Source of the DNA: an uncultured Candidatus Saccharimonas sp.
GTDB lineage: Bacteria > Patescibacteriota > Saccharimonadia > Saccharimonadales > AWTP1-31
Direction: 5' to 3'
Length of the DNA: 64,000 nt
Assembly: GCA_943354005.1 (NCBI GenBank)
Contig: CALRBE010000006.1
Coordinates: 11,674-75,673, forward strand
The notes under the pieces were generated by a model. That model saw nothing but the letters and a program-made list of their open reading frames with translations. It was not told where the DNA came from and did no database searches. Shown one piece after another: positions 18,877 through 27,730 of this stretch. Both the position numbers and the translations under genes were made by a program. Numbering within the stretch: position 1 is the stretch's first letter; the number at the start of each line of letters is the position of its first letter.

Positions 18877-20555
18877 TACTGTGCCTGCTCTATAGTAATT
18901 GTTATTTTACCTGGCTTGGATGGTGTCTTATATACCCAGAACGGGCTATACGAAACAGTTACGTCCTTAACTCCTGGAAGTTTACCAATAAGATCCTGAA
19001 CGTCACCCTTCTTCTTTCCGGCGATTTCTTTCTTTAGTGCTTCTTGGTCAATTTGAGTACCCGTAGAAACTGTAGACTGTACTCGGAATCTTTGGTCAGT
19101 TGCAGATTTCTTGTCTTCAAGCCTGAAGATCGCTTTAGAAAGTCCATTATCACTTATTGATTGCTTCGTCGTATCGATTTGTTTTTTAGCGCTATTTTCG
19201 ACTAGTGTATTTAGGTATGACTCTTTTACGCCTAGACCGGTATATACAGTCGTGCTTGATACAGTAACTTCGGATGCTTCTTCGCCTACTTTAGGTGTCG
19301 CAGTCACATTCGCTGCACTTGAAGTAATTGATTCGGGTATTAGAAATAGGTCGTCATTACTGAACTGTTGCTTAAGATCAGTTGTTGCGGAGTCTTTGCT
19401 CTTATCGGATATCTTTTGCTTTGCGGTCTCAACATCCTGGTCGCTTACAACTGATACGAGCTTATTGGTTCCGCCAGACATAGCACTACTGTCGATCCCT
19501 GTAATACTAGCTACACCCGACACAGCAAAGGTTCGGCCTCCGCTTATATTATATTGATCTCCGGCGGCAGTAGAGGTAACATTAACCGTCTTGCCTGCTG
19601 TAGTACAAGTATTTGTACCGCTGAACGTACTAGATGGTAAAAGTGTAGTTTCATTTACACTGAATGAACTTGCTCCAGTCGTCACGACTGTACCAGCTGG
19701 AATTGTGAATGCACCGTCAACTTTGGCGCAGTTCTTGAGGGTAACTGTGCCAGTCGCTTTATCACCAATATTTTTTTGTCCGGTTGCGGGAACTTTTGTG
19801 CTATCTGTTTTACTAACGTCTTTTTTTGTGGCAGGAACTTTTCCGGCATCTGCATCAAAGGATGTGAATGCAGTATTGGCGGTAAATGGAACATCTGTAT
19901 TAACACTAATGTTATCTGACTTAATAACGATTTTAGCTTTAGGAAGAATAGTATTAAAGATAAAGAATAGGACTATTAGACCTACAAATACTCCTCCACC
20001 TATTAGTAATCTCTTACGGAAGGTATCAAAATTAGGAATCTTTTTCTTACTTGACTTCTTTTTAGACTTCTTTGAATCATCCTTATCAACATCAATGTCT
20101 TCAAGGTCTTCATCAAGCTCAATAGTCTCCTCATCATTGTTGATTGCAGAAGCCGCTGCAAGAGAACCGACTGACTGAGACGCATCAAGTCCATCTTCAT
20201 CTTCATCCTCATCTTGCTGCAATCCATCATTATCATCAGCTTGAATATCATCCGATAGTGTTTGTGGCGCTGGTGGGATAATTGGCTTAGATTGAATTGT
20301 TTTTGCCACATGGACTTTAACCGCTCCTGCTATAGGTAATAGGCTAGCTTCACTTGTAATGAGTACAATCTTTTTATTTTTAGCATCAGCAGATCGCTTA
20401 AGGAGCTTCATATTAACGATACTCTGTAGAACAGTTGCACGCTTAGGCAAGACAAGTGCGACAATCTTATGTTCACTTTGCCCAAGTTTATCTATTATGG
20501 CGGTGATCTCGTCATCTATGTCGATATAAATTGTATCTTTTGCTGTATCGCTCAT
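18876..20555 (-). CDS. hypothetical bitopic membrane protein (559 aa): cytoplasmic N-domain, acidic/lysine-rich linker, TM, Thr/Ser-rich extracytoplasmic beta-rich domain
   Basis: It has a long ORF, one TM (LLIGGGVFVGLIVLFFIF) and low-complexity DEDEDED and KKSKKKSSKKK tracts. Translational coupling links it to ftsA-like upstream and ruvX downstream. Confidence 0.7.
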   Translation of the reverse strand: MSDTAKDTIYIDIDDEITAIIDKLGQSEHKIVALVLPKRATVLQSIVNMKLLKRSADAKNKKIVLITSEASLLPIAGAVKVHVAKTIQSKPIIPPAPQTLSDDIQADDNDGLQQDEDEDEDGLDASQSVGSLAAASAINNDEETIELDEDLEDIDVDKDDSKKSKKKSSKKKIPNFDTFRKRLLIGGGVFVGLIVLFFIFNTILPKAKIVIKSDNISVNTDVPFTANTAFTSFDADAGKVPATKKDVSKTDSTKVPATGQKNIGDKATGTVTLKNCAKVDGAFTIPAGTVVTTGASSFSVNETTLLPSSTFSGTNTCTTAGKTVNVTSTAAGDQYNISGGRTFAVSGVASITGIDSSAMSGGTNKLVSVVSDQDVETAKQKISDKSKDSATTDLKQQFSNDDLFLIPESITSSAANVTATPKVGEEASEVTVSSTTVYTGLGVKESYLNTLVENSAKKQIDTTKQSISDNGLSKAIFRLEDKKSATDQRFRVQSTVSTGTQIDQEALKKEIAGKKKGDVQDLIGKLPGVKDVTVSYSPFWVYKTPSKPGKITITIEQAQ

Positions 20556-20569
20556 GTAGTGCCTTTTTA

Positions 20570-21874
20570 TTAAACCTTTAGTATTTTATCAATCTTTTGA
20601 CGAAAAGAACCATTCATTGACTGAGTAGTTTCTTGTTGGAGCGTATCAAGCCCTACTCGGAGTAGCCCCATGGCAGTTATGAACGTATGGTCTGTAACTG
20701 TATTCGTAGTATCCTTCATTCCAACAACGTTGCCGGGCTTTATGTGCTGCACTACTGGCTTACGTGTGAATGGAAGGTCAGTATACCAGTCAGAAGATTC
20801 CAGTTGTCTCATAAGCATATCGAGGCTTGAGCCTCCACCGCACAGATAGATTCTTCTTGGTAGATGATCAAGGGCTGTAAATTCAGCTAGGGCAAGTTCA
20901 ACTCCAGATGTCCATACGTCAAGAGTCTTGCGCAGACTTTGCTCAACGATTGGCACCTTAGATGTTGGTACTTTATGAGAAGATAATCCTAACTTAATTT
21001 CTTCAGCCTGCACAAATGAAATTCCAAGATCACGCTCTAAAGATCTTGTGTAAGCACGTCCCCCAATACCAAACATCTTGGTACCCTGGACACCGCCATC
21101 ATTAATTACGGCGATATCGGTAGTACCACCACCAACATCCATTAAAATTGCACTCATCGACGCATTTGGATCATCTCCAATAACTGCTCGAGATACAGCA
21201 AATGGTTCTGCTGCTACGGCAACAAGGTCAAGATTAAGTTCTTTTGCCGTACGCTCGAGAGCTCCAATGTGAATCATTGGTGCAAAGGCAGTATATAGCT
21301 GCACGACTACTTCTTTGCCTTTAAAGCCAACAGGGCTGGTTACAGGATAACCGTCTATTTCTATATGTACGAGTGCACTGTTAACAAGTCTTATTTCAAC
21401 ATCCTTACCGCCAAGCTCCCATGCAAGTTGCTGCTTGGCACGCTGTTGAGCACGATCTTGTACGACAGCAATTATTCGCTCAACTTCCTTCATATCAAGT
21501 TCACGTTCAGGATTTTTTCGTTTAACGCGGACTGTTGTAGTAAGTCCCTTTACAAGCTCGCCAGCAATACCAATAACTGCCGTGTTAGTACTGACTCCAG
21601 CCTGTTCTTCGGCTTGCGTTAAGGCTTCATCACAATTACTTACAACTGAAGCGATGTCTGCAATAGCCCCTGCCTGCATATCGGTTAGCTCTTGATGCGC
21701 TCTACCGACACCAATAATCTCTAGTCCAATATCTGTTACGCGACCGATGAGGACTTTGACAAATTCAGTACCAATATCAAGAGCTACAATAAGCTGGTCA
21801 TCATCTTCAGATTGTTTACCAGATTTTCTTGTTACTGAATCTTTTATTTTTTTTATTTTATGTAGCATAAGCAC
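20570..21874 (-). CDS. ftsA: actin-like ATPase, FtsA family
   Basis: The motifs ALDIGTEFVKVLIG, GAIADI, GIAGE, DVGGGTTDIAV, GGRAYTRSLERDL..AEEIK and LCGGGS match the FtsA phosphate/adenosine motifs. The first codon is GTG 21874, and ATG 21868 is an alternative. Confidence 0.75.
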   Translation of the reverse strand: MLMLHKIKKIKDSVTRKSGKQSEDDDQLIVALDIGTEFVKVLIGRVTDIGLEIIGVGRAHQELTDMQAGAIADIASVVSNCDEALTQAEEQAGVSTNTAVIGIAGELVKGLTTTVRVKRKNPERELDMKEVERIIAVVQDRAQQRAKQQLAWELGGKDVEIRLVNSALVHIEIDGYPVTSPVGFKGKEVVVQLYTAFAPMIHIGALERTAKELNLDLVAVAAEPFAVSRAVIGDDPNASMSAILMDVGGGTTDIAVINDGGVQGTKMFGIGGRAYTRSLERDLGISFVQAEEIKLGLSSHKVPTSKVPIVEQSLRKTLDVWTSGVELALAEFTALDHLPRRIYLCGGGSSLDMLMRQLESSDWYTDLPFTRKPVVQHIKPGNVVGMKDTTNTVTDHTFITAMGLLRVGLDTLQQETTQSMNGSFRQKIDKILKV

Positions 21875-21879
21875 CTATC

Positions 21880-21888
21880 ATTATACCA
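21880..21888 (-). promoter_or_regulatory. extended -10 (TGGTATAAT) 5 nt from GTG 21874 / 11 nt from ATG 21868
   Basis: The minus-sense sequence reads TGGTATAAT-gatag-GTGcttATG. Confidence 0.4.
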
Positions 21889-21928
21889 GCTCTTGAAGGC
21901 AGTTTAAAGATGAAGTTGGCTTGTTTGA

Positions 21929-22153
21929 TTATGATTCAACAACCGGACCATTAATGACACTTTTTACGTCAGCTAATGAATGGGCTCCGGTCAGATCAAT
22001 TGCGAAATTTCCAATTTGATGTGCAGTTTGTAATTTTATTCCAGAGTCGGCACATTCTTCGATCGCCTTCTGAATATTCTCTGCGGTTTCAGGCTGAACT
22101 ACAACTTCACACATTTCATTATTATTAGTTAAATACAATGTTCCAAAAGCCAC
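21929..22153 (-). CDS. hypothetical small protein (74 aa)
   Basis: It sits between alaS and ftsA-like. It has a GTG start with AGGAAGAG upstream. I recognise no family. Confidence 0.4.
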   Translation of the reverse strand: MAFGTLYLTNNNEMCEVVVQPETAENIQKAIEECADSGIKLQTAHQIGNFAIDLTGAHSLADVKSVINGPVVES

Positions 22154-22215
22154 AATATATAATCTCTTCCTATCTTAAAAAATTAAACGACAGTTTCAAT
22201 ACTACACTGATACTT

Positions 22216-24108
22216 TCAAATTACAAGTGCAGCCTTAATGCGGCGGATTCCGGCACTTGAAGCTTCTTCCTTGAGGATTTTAAATTTCTTGCCTTCTTCG
22301 GACAGTACACTAGTGTGCTCGACATGAGGGCCACCACAAATTTCAAAGCTAAATGGCTTATCCTCGTTATCAGCTATCATCGTATATACCTTAACAGTAT
22401 CTCCGTATCTGTCACCAAACTGGCCAAGTGCACCTAGTTCATTAGTTGCTTTGGTAGTTGGGTATTCTGCCCATGATACTTTCAAGTCTTTACTGATTTG
22501 CTCATTTACGATTGATTCAACTCGTTCAAGTTCTTCTTTTGTTACTTTTTGCGGGTGGCTAAAGTCGAAACGAAGTCGTTCTTCAGTTATATTTGATCCT
22601 CGCTGAATAACATGATCACCGAGTACGTCGCGCAATGCTTGATACATGAGGTGAGTGGCTGTGTGATATTTCTTGTGCTGCATTGTTTGTCCGCCAAGAC
22701 CGCCCTTGAATGTACCCTTGGTTGCAGTTTGGCTTCGTAGACGCTGGATCTGCATTTGCTCATCAAACTCTTTCTGCCAATTCTTACTAGTTTCATGACC
22801 CTGCATAGCTGCTTCTTCAACGCTTAGTTCACTCGGAAAGCCGTAGGTATCATAGAGCGTGAATACCTGAGCTCCAGTAATAACCCCATTTTGAGCCATC
22901 TTTTCAAGTTCCCGTACACCCTTACGCAGTGTTTGACGGAATATTTTTTCTTCTCTAATAAGTATGTCGATAACTTTATCTCGGCTCTCGGTAACTTCTG
23001 GAAAATCATCACGATAAAGGTCAGTAATAATTGGCACAATGTAATCGAGGAAGTTTTGTTCAATGCCAAGCTCAAAGGCAAAGCGAATTGCTCTACGTAG
23101 TAAGCGTCGCATAACGTAGCCCTGTTCTTTATTGCTTGGGGTAACGCCATCGACAGCTAGGAATGTAGCAGCTCGTAAGTGATCAGCTATAACCTGCATG
23201 GCATTTGTATGACTTGCGTACTTTTTACCAGATAAATGCTCAAGACCTTCGATAATTGGCCAAAGTAGACTTATTCTAAACATATCGGCTGAATCGATTG
23301 AGGCCTGAGCTATGCGCTCTAGGCCAGCACCGAAATCTACGTTAGGCTTAGGTAAAAGTTCAAATCCAGATTCAGTGCGCTTATATTGCATAAAGACATT
23401 GTTGCCAATTTCTACGAATCTACCAGAGTCGCTTGCTGGATGTGCTTTACCAAAACCCTCGGCGTGGTTTTGATCACCAAAATCGTAAAATACTTCTGAA
23501 TCAGGTCCACATGGATCACCAATTGGAGTCTTGGCAATGCCTCCTGCGCGGCTCCACCAATTCTCGCCGTCGTCATAAAAGAAAATACGTTCACCTGGGT
23601 TAACCCCACGCTTATTACCATCAGATTGTGAACCAATTTCTACAATATCGGCTGTAATTCCTTTACTCTTAAAAAGACTCTGCCATATTTCTGCAGCTTC
23701 ATCATCTCTTGGAATTCCTGCTTCCTTATCGCCAATAAAACAAGTTACATATAGCTTTTCAGGGTTAAGGCCTACTTCTTCTACTAGAAAATTGAAGAAC
23801 CAGGTTATCTGATCCTCCTTAAAGTAATCACCAAGACTCCAGTTGCCAAGCATTTCAAAAAATGTCGTATGTCGATTGTCTCCAACATCTTCAATATCCT
23901 GAGCACGAAAGCACGTCTGGCTGTTAACGAGTCTACTACCTTCTTGATGCGGTTCACCTAAAAGATACGGGATTAATGGCTGCATACCTGAACCAGTGAA
24001 TAGTGTCGTCGGATCATTATTCGGCACCAATAGGGCTCTGGGGATACTTTTATGAGCCTTTTCCTCAAAGTAAGCTAGGTATTTCTTACGAATTTCTTGT
24101 GTAGTCAT
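22216..24108 (-). CDS. alaS: alanine--tRNA ligase, short form (630 aa; catalytic, tRNA-recognition and editing domains, no C-Ala domain)
   Basis: Start motif MTTQEIRKKYLAYFEEKAH; catalytic motifs FTGSGM, FRAQDIEDVG, FFEMLGNWS; editing-site motifs HTATHLMYQAL and CGGPHV. I trimmed the start to ATG 24108 (the track begins 8 codons earlier). Confidence 0.95.
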   Translation of the reverse strand: MTTQEIRKKYLAYFEEKAHKSIPRALLVPNNDPTTLFTGSGMQPLIPYLLGEPHQEGSRLVNSQTCFRAQDIEDVGDNRHTTFFEMLGNWSLGDYFKEDQITWFFNFLVEEVGLNPEKLYVTCFIGDKEAGIPRDDEAAEIWQSLFKSKGITADIVEIGSQSDGNKRGVNPGERIFFYDDGENWWSRAGGIAKTPIGDPCGPDSEVFYDFGDQNHAEGFGKAHPASDSGRFVEIGNNVFMQYKRTESGFELLPKPNVDFGAGLERIAQASIDSADMFRISLLWPIIEGLEHLSGKKYASHTNAMQVIADHLRAATFLAVDGVTPSNKEQGYVMRRLLRRAIRFAFELGIEQNFLDYIVPIITDLYRDDFPEVTESRDKVIDILIREEKIFRQTLRKGVRELEKMAQNGVITGAQVFTLYDTYGFPSELSVEEAAMQGHETSKNWQKEFDEQMQIQRLRSQTATKGTFKGGLGGQTMQHKKYHTATHLMYQALRDVLGDHVIQRGSNITEERLRFDFSHPQKVTKEELERVESIVNEQISKDLKVSWAEYPTTKATNELGALGQFGDRYGDTVKVYTMIADNEDKPFSFEICGGPHVEHTSVLSEEGKKFKILKEEASSAGIRRIKAALVI

Positions 24109-24114
24109 ATACCA

Positions 24115-24142
24115 ATTATAACAGAGGTACACATATTGACAA
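24115..24142 (-). promoter_or_regulatory. sigma70-type promoter, leaderless geometry for alaS
   Basis: The minus-sense layout is TTGTCA (24142-24137), a 16-nt spacer, TGT-TATAAT (24120-24115), tggtat, then ATG(24108). Confidence 0.55.
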
Positions 24143-24164
24143 TTTTATATAATTAGACTATTAT
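24136..24164 (+). promoter_or_regulatory. divergent promoter for ORF 24174, sharing its -35 with the alaS promoter
   Basis: The layout is TTGACA (24136-24141), a 17-nt spacer, TATTAT (24159-24164), 9 nt, then ATG 24174. The -35 hexamers of the two divergent promoters overlap in TTGACAA/TTGTCAA. Confidence 0.45.
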
Positions 24165-24173
24165 ATAGCCATT

Positions 24174-24512
24174 ATGTCAAGCCCATCACCAGAAATACCT
24201 ATAAATCCACTCACAAGTGATACTGAACTCGTGAATCCGAAAGACTTTCTTGATATTGAAACTATTACTCAAGCAAGGTGTATTGGCTGTCCCGTAGTTC
24301 AAAGCTGTATTGATAAAAGTGGTGATACTTCTGATATCATGATCTCAACAGCATATATACGTTACGCTATGGAGATTCAAGAAAAGTGCTCAGGTTATGT
24401 TACAACTGAACGAAAAATACCTTTTTCTAAAAAAGTAGTAGAAGGAAAACCAGTCTGCAACAGCCCATCAGTACCCGAACTCCCAAAAAGTTTTAAGCGC
24501 GGTATAAAATAG
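24174..24512 (+). CDS. hypothetical Cys-containing protein (112 aa)
   Basis: It is an isolated plus-strand ORF with its own promoter-like sequence. It contains a CIGCPVVQSC motif. I recognise no family. Confidence 0.4.
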   Translation: MSSPSPEIPINPLTSDTELVNPKDFLDIETITQARCIGCPVVQSCIDKSGDTSDIMISTAYIRYAMEIQEKCSGYVTTERKIPFSKKVVEGKPVCNSPSVPELPKSFKRGIK

Positions 24513-24528
24513 TTCCTGATTTTAGATA

Positions 24529-27500
24529 TTATTTATCTGATGAGTCTGTATTATGGCTTTTTCTGTAATACAGTAAAATTGAACCTGATAAGACTAATCC
24601 AACAATTCCATACCATGAAGACAATATATCACCGGTCTTTCCTAGGGGGCCTCCATTATCTGGTGTAATGTAAACAGAAATTGCACCAAGTACCTCGCTA
24701 AATTCACTGGTAGAACCGTAACCTGTACCTGTATTTGAAAGTGCTGTTGTAGTTGCAGATAATACTTTACCGCTAAGATTTGTTCCCGAAGGAAGCGTTA
24801 TCTCAACATTCTTATTATTACCATTTGTAATATTTGCAGCACCAAGATATGTTCTACCTTCACCATAGCCTGATTCATCAGCTACGTCATTAGAAAATAT
24901 TTCAACGCGATACTGATCATTCAGAGTGCTATCGGCAGCGTCTAAATTTAGATTAACTACCAGAGTGTTGTCTGTCTGCTGTGCACTGTTCAAAACAGGA
25001 AAGTTCTCATAATTATTTGAACCAGTGTCTGGATCTTGGGCATCGTTTAAAGTAGGTCCGATATTAAGGCCACCTACAATATTAAAATTCTCGTCAAGAA
25101 TTAGGCCGCCGCTATCTATTGCTAATCCTGGGAATGAAATGTCAAATACTGTATCGCTATCATTATCAAATATTGAATTGTTTAATATGGAGTTATCGAT
25201 AGGTGCAAGTGTTCCAAATACTGATTCATTAATTAACGAATTGATGAATATTCCTGCGCCCTTATTGCCAGCGATTATATTGCCTGAGCCTGGTGTAGTA
25301 CCACCTATTGTGTTAGAGGTCGCAAGTGCCGATAATATAATCCCAAAATTTTGCGATATAGATGTGTCACTTAATCCATTATCATCAGTACCGATATAGT
25401 TGCCTTGAATAGTATTGTTCGATGACTGATTAGTGAGTCCAATAATTCCAACGTTAGCTAAACCCTGATTACCGCTAATGATATTTCTTTCAGCAGATGA
25501 AGTACCGCCTACTATAGAGTTCGAGGACCCATCGATGGAAATTCCGTAGTTTGAATTATTGAGTACCATAGAGCCCTTAATTATTGTATTATTGACATTG
25601 TCTAGAGATATACCTATATCACTATTGTTATAAATTAAGCTATCAATTATGGATGTGGTAGAACTGGTATTTGTAATCCATATTCCGTCATCGCCGTTCA
25701 TACTTATTTCTATCTCAGAAATAACTACGTTATCTGACTCTGTAATCACTATACCTTCGCTTGAGCTACCCGTAACGACTCCTCCATTGATAATAGCAGC
25801 GTTTGAAAAACTTAGCATGATACCATTGACACCATTATCTTCTATTACATTGTTTCGCATCTCAAATCCATCAGTGATGTCCGCATTTAAACCAGAGTTA
25901 ACATTATTTTTGATGTTGTTACCGGCTTCGATCGTGGTACCTCCTACGGTAATTGAGCTAGAATCATAAATATAAAAACCATACCCATTATTGGTATCTA
26001 CAATGTTACCCTCAAAAACTGTACTAGACGATGAGTATACTGCAACACCATTACTGTTATTTAGACTAATGTTGTTACTGCTCGACCCAGCTCCACCAAC
26101 GGTAATATTGTTACTACCGTCGATCGACAAGCCATTATTAATGTTGCTATTTAATTCATTGCCTTGAATAACAGTATCTGTAACTGTGTTATACAGATCT
26201 ATGCCGTTAGACGCGTTATTATTTGAGGTGTTAGCCTGCACTGTCACATTGGATGATAAGTTGTGTATGCCAATACCGTTGTTATCGTTACCATTTACGG
26301 TATTGCCGGCATTTGTAGCGGTGCCCCCTATAGTAATATCCGTAGAGTTATTCACTTGTATGCCAGTATTGGCATTATCATTCACGGTATTAGACTCTAC
26401 TACTACGAAGGAAGTATTATTTAATAATATACCTGTCGATAGATTAAAGCTCACAGTGTTGCCAGCATTTGTAGCGGTGCCCCCTATATTAATATTGGTA
26501 CCACCGTCTACATTAATTCCGTGAGCAAGGTTAGAATCAATATTGTTACCTTCAATAACTACTCCATCATTGTTGGAGCCAAGATAGATTCCGTCCAATA
26601 CGTTATTTTTGATTATATTTTTGGCTTCTACGGAAGGTCCGCCTATGGTGGCCTCCGTAGAATTCGTTAAAACAATACCACCGCCTCCGTTAGGTATAGA
26701 AGTGGAGCCGTCGGCGCCAACTCCAATATAATTACCTTGTACAACTAATCCATCAGTAATATCTGGTGCTAAGCCGTGAGAATAATTACCTGATAAAACA
26801 TTAGTAGCTCCTGTTTGTATCCCTCCAACTACTACACCCGTACAATTATCAATAGATATGCCGCCTGAATATCCAGGAACTGAGTTGCCCATGGCCACTA
26901 ATCCCGTGGCATCGACACCGATATAATTACCCCTAAATACCCAGCCATCGCCTGGGTATGAAGCTGAATCCTCGTTTCCAGAGATTAGGTTACGATCAGC
27001 AGCATTAAGCCCTCCTATATTTGCGTTTGAACTATTAGTACTGATAAATTCCTCAGCTATTCCAGGCCCTGCGTTACCAAGATCCACTAGGCCAGTAGGA
27101 TCAGTACCAATATAGTTGCCCGCGACAGTCACATTACTGGCACCGATAATGATAGCACCGCCTTCTCCGAACCTATTTATAACAAGACCTCGAACACTAC
27201 TAGACGCACTTCCGCTGCTATTACCGCTAAATAGCAGCGCATAGTTAGCTACGTTCGTGCCGTCAATTTCTATCAATAAAGTACCGTTTAGAGGAGCTGG
27301 TGAAACAGCAGTATTGGCAGATGCTCCAGTCTGAGAATAGCCATTTATATTTACCTGGGATTCAATTGGAGGCAGTGCAGTTAGGGGAGTAATCGTCCTC
27401 ACGCCAGCTCCCGGGATACTGAATACAATGTCGTCAGTTCCCGATCCGGCTGTACATTCGCCAGCTAAGGCACCGGAAACAGAATCTAGGTTAGCTGAAA

Positions 27501-27693
27501 TTATAGCCTCACGTAATGTACATTCACCGTCATTATCTACGTCGTCAGCAGTTGAGTTAACAGTTATAGTTGATGCAGCAAAGGCAATTTTATTAGTCCT
27601 AGCGTTAATGAGTACTGCTGAAATAGCTACCAAAAAAGCAACTACAAAAATGAAACCTAGATAGACCCGTGTGCCAGAAAATTTATTACCCAT
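24529..27693 (-). CDS. large surface protein: signal anchor, CSLREA-type N-terminal motif, about 800 aa of parallel beta-helix (PbH1-like) repeats, C-terminal LPXTG-like anchor
   Basis: The N-terminal TM is VYLGFIFVVAFLVAISAVLI. The CSLREA-type motif is DGECTLREAIISAN. Dozens of repeats of about 22 aa carry N/G/I/T patterns (GNxI..N..xGI). The C-terminus reads PLGKTGD, then a hydrophobic helix, then YYRKSH. Confidence 0.85.
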   Translation of the reverse strand: MGNKFSGTRVYLGFIFVVAFLVAISAVLINARTNKIAFAASTITVNSTADDVDNDGECTLREAIISANLDSVSGALAGECTAGSGTDDIVFSIPGAGVRTITPLTALPPIESQVNINGYSQTGASANTAVSPAPLNGTLLIEIDGTNVANYALLFSGNSSGSASSSVRGLVINRFGEGGAIIIGASNVTVAGNYIGTDPTGLVDLGNAGPGIAEEFISTNSSNANIGGLNAADRNLISGNEDSASYPGDGWVFRGNYIGVDATGLVAMGNSVPGYSGGISIDNCTGVVVGGIQTGATNVLSGNYSHGLAPDITDGLVVQGNYIGVGADGSTSIPNGGGGIVLTNSTEATIGGPSVEAKNIIKNNVLDGIYLGSNNDGVVIEGNNIDSNLAHGINVDGGTNINIGGTATNAGNTVSFNLSTGILLNNTSFVVVESNTVNDNANTGIQVNNSTDITIGGTATNAGNTVNGNDNNGIGIHNLSSNVTVQANTSNNNASNGIDLYNTVTDTVIQGNELNSNINNGLSIDGSNNITVGGAGSSSNNISLNNSNGVAVYSSSSTVFEGNIVDTNNGYGFYIYDSSSITVGGTTIEAGNNIKNNVNSGLNADITDGFEMRNNVIEDNGVNGIMLSFSNAAIINGGVVTGSSSEGIVITESDNVVISEIEISMNGDDGIWITNTSSTTSIIDSLIYNNSDIGISLDNVNNTIIKGSMVLNNSNYGISIDGSSNSIVGGTSSAERNIISGNQGLANVGIIGLTNQSSNNTIQGNYIGTDDNGLSDTSISQNFGIILSALATSNTIGGTTPGSGNIIAGNKGAGIFINSLINESVFGTLAPIDNSILNNSIFDNDSDTVFDISFPGLAIDSGGLILDENFNIVGGLNIGPTLNDAQDPDTGSNNYENFPVLNSAQQTDNTLVVNLNLDAADSTLNDQYRVEIFSNDVADESGYGEGRTYLGAANITNGNNKNVEITLPSGTNLSGKVLSATTTALSNTGTGYGSTSEFSEVLGAISVYITPDNGGPLGKTGDILSSWYGIVGLVLSGSILLYYRKSHNTDSSDK
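26297..26495 (-). repeat. intragenic near-identical 43-nt copies (26297-26339 and 26453-26495), 156 nt apart, encoding I(G)GTATNAGNTV
   Basis: Direct comparison shows a 23-nt identical core, catttgtagcggtgccccctata, with about 38/43 identity overall. Confidence 0.8.
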
Positions 27694-27730
27694 ATATCTT
27701 GTTTAAATATATAAGGCTAATGCTAATCTG

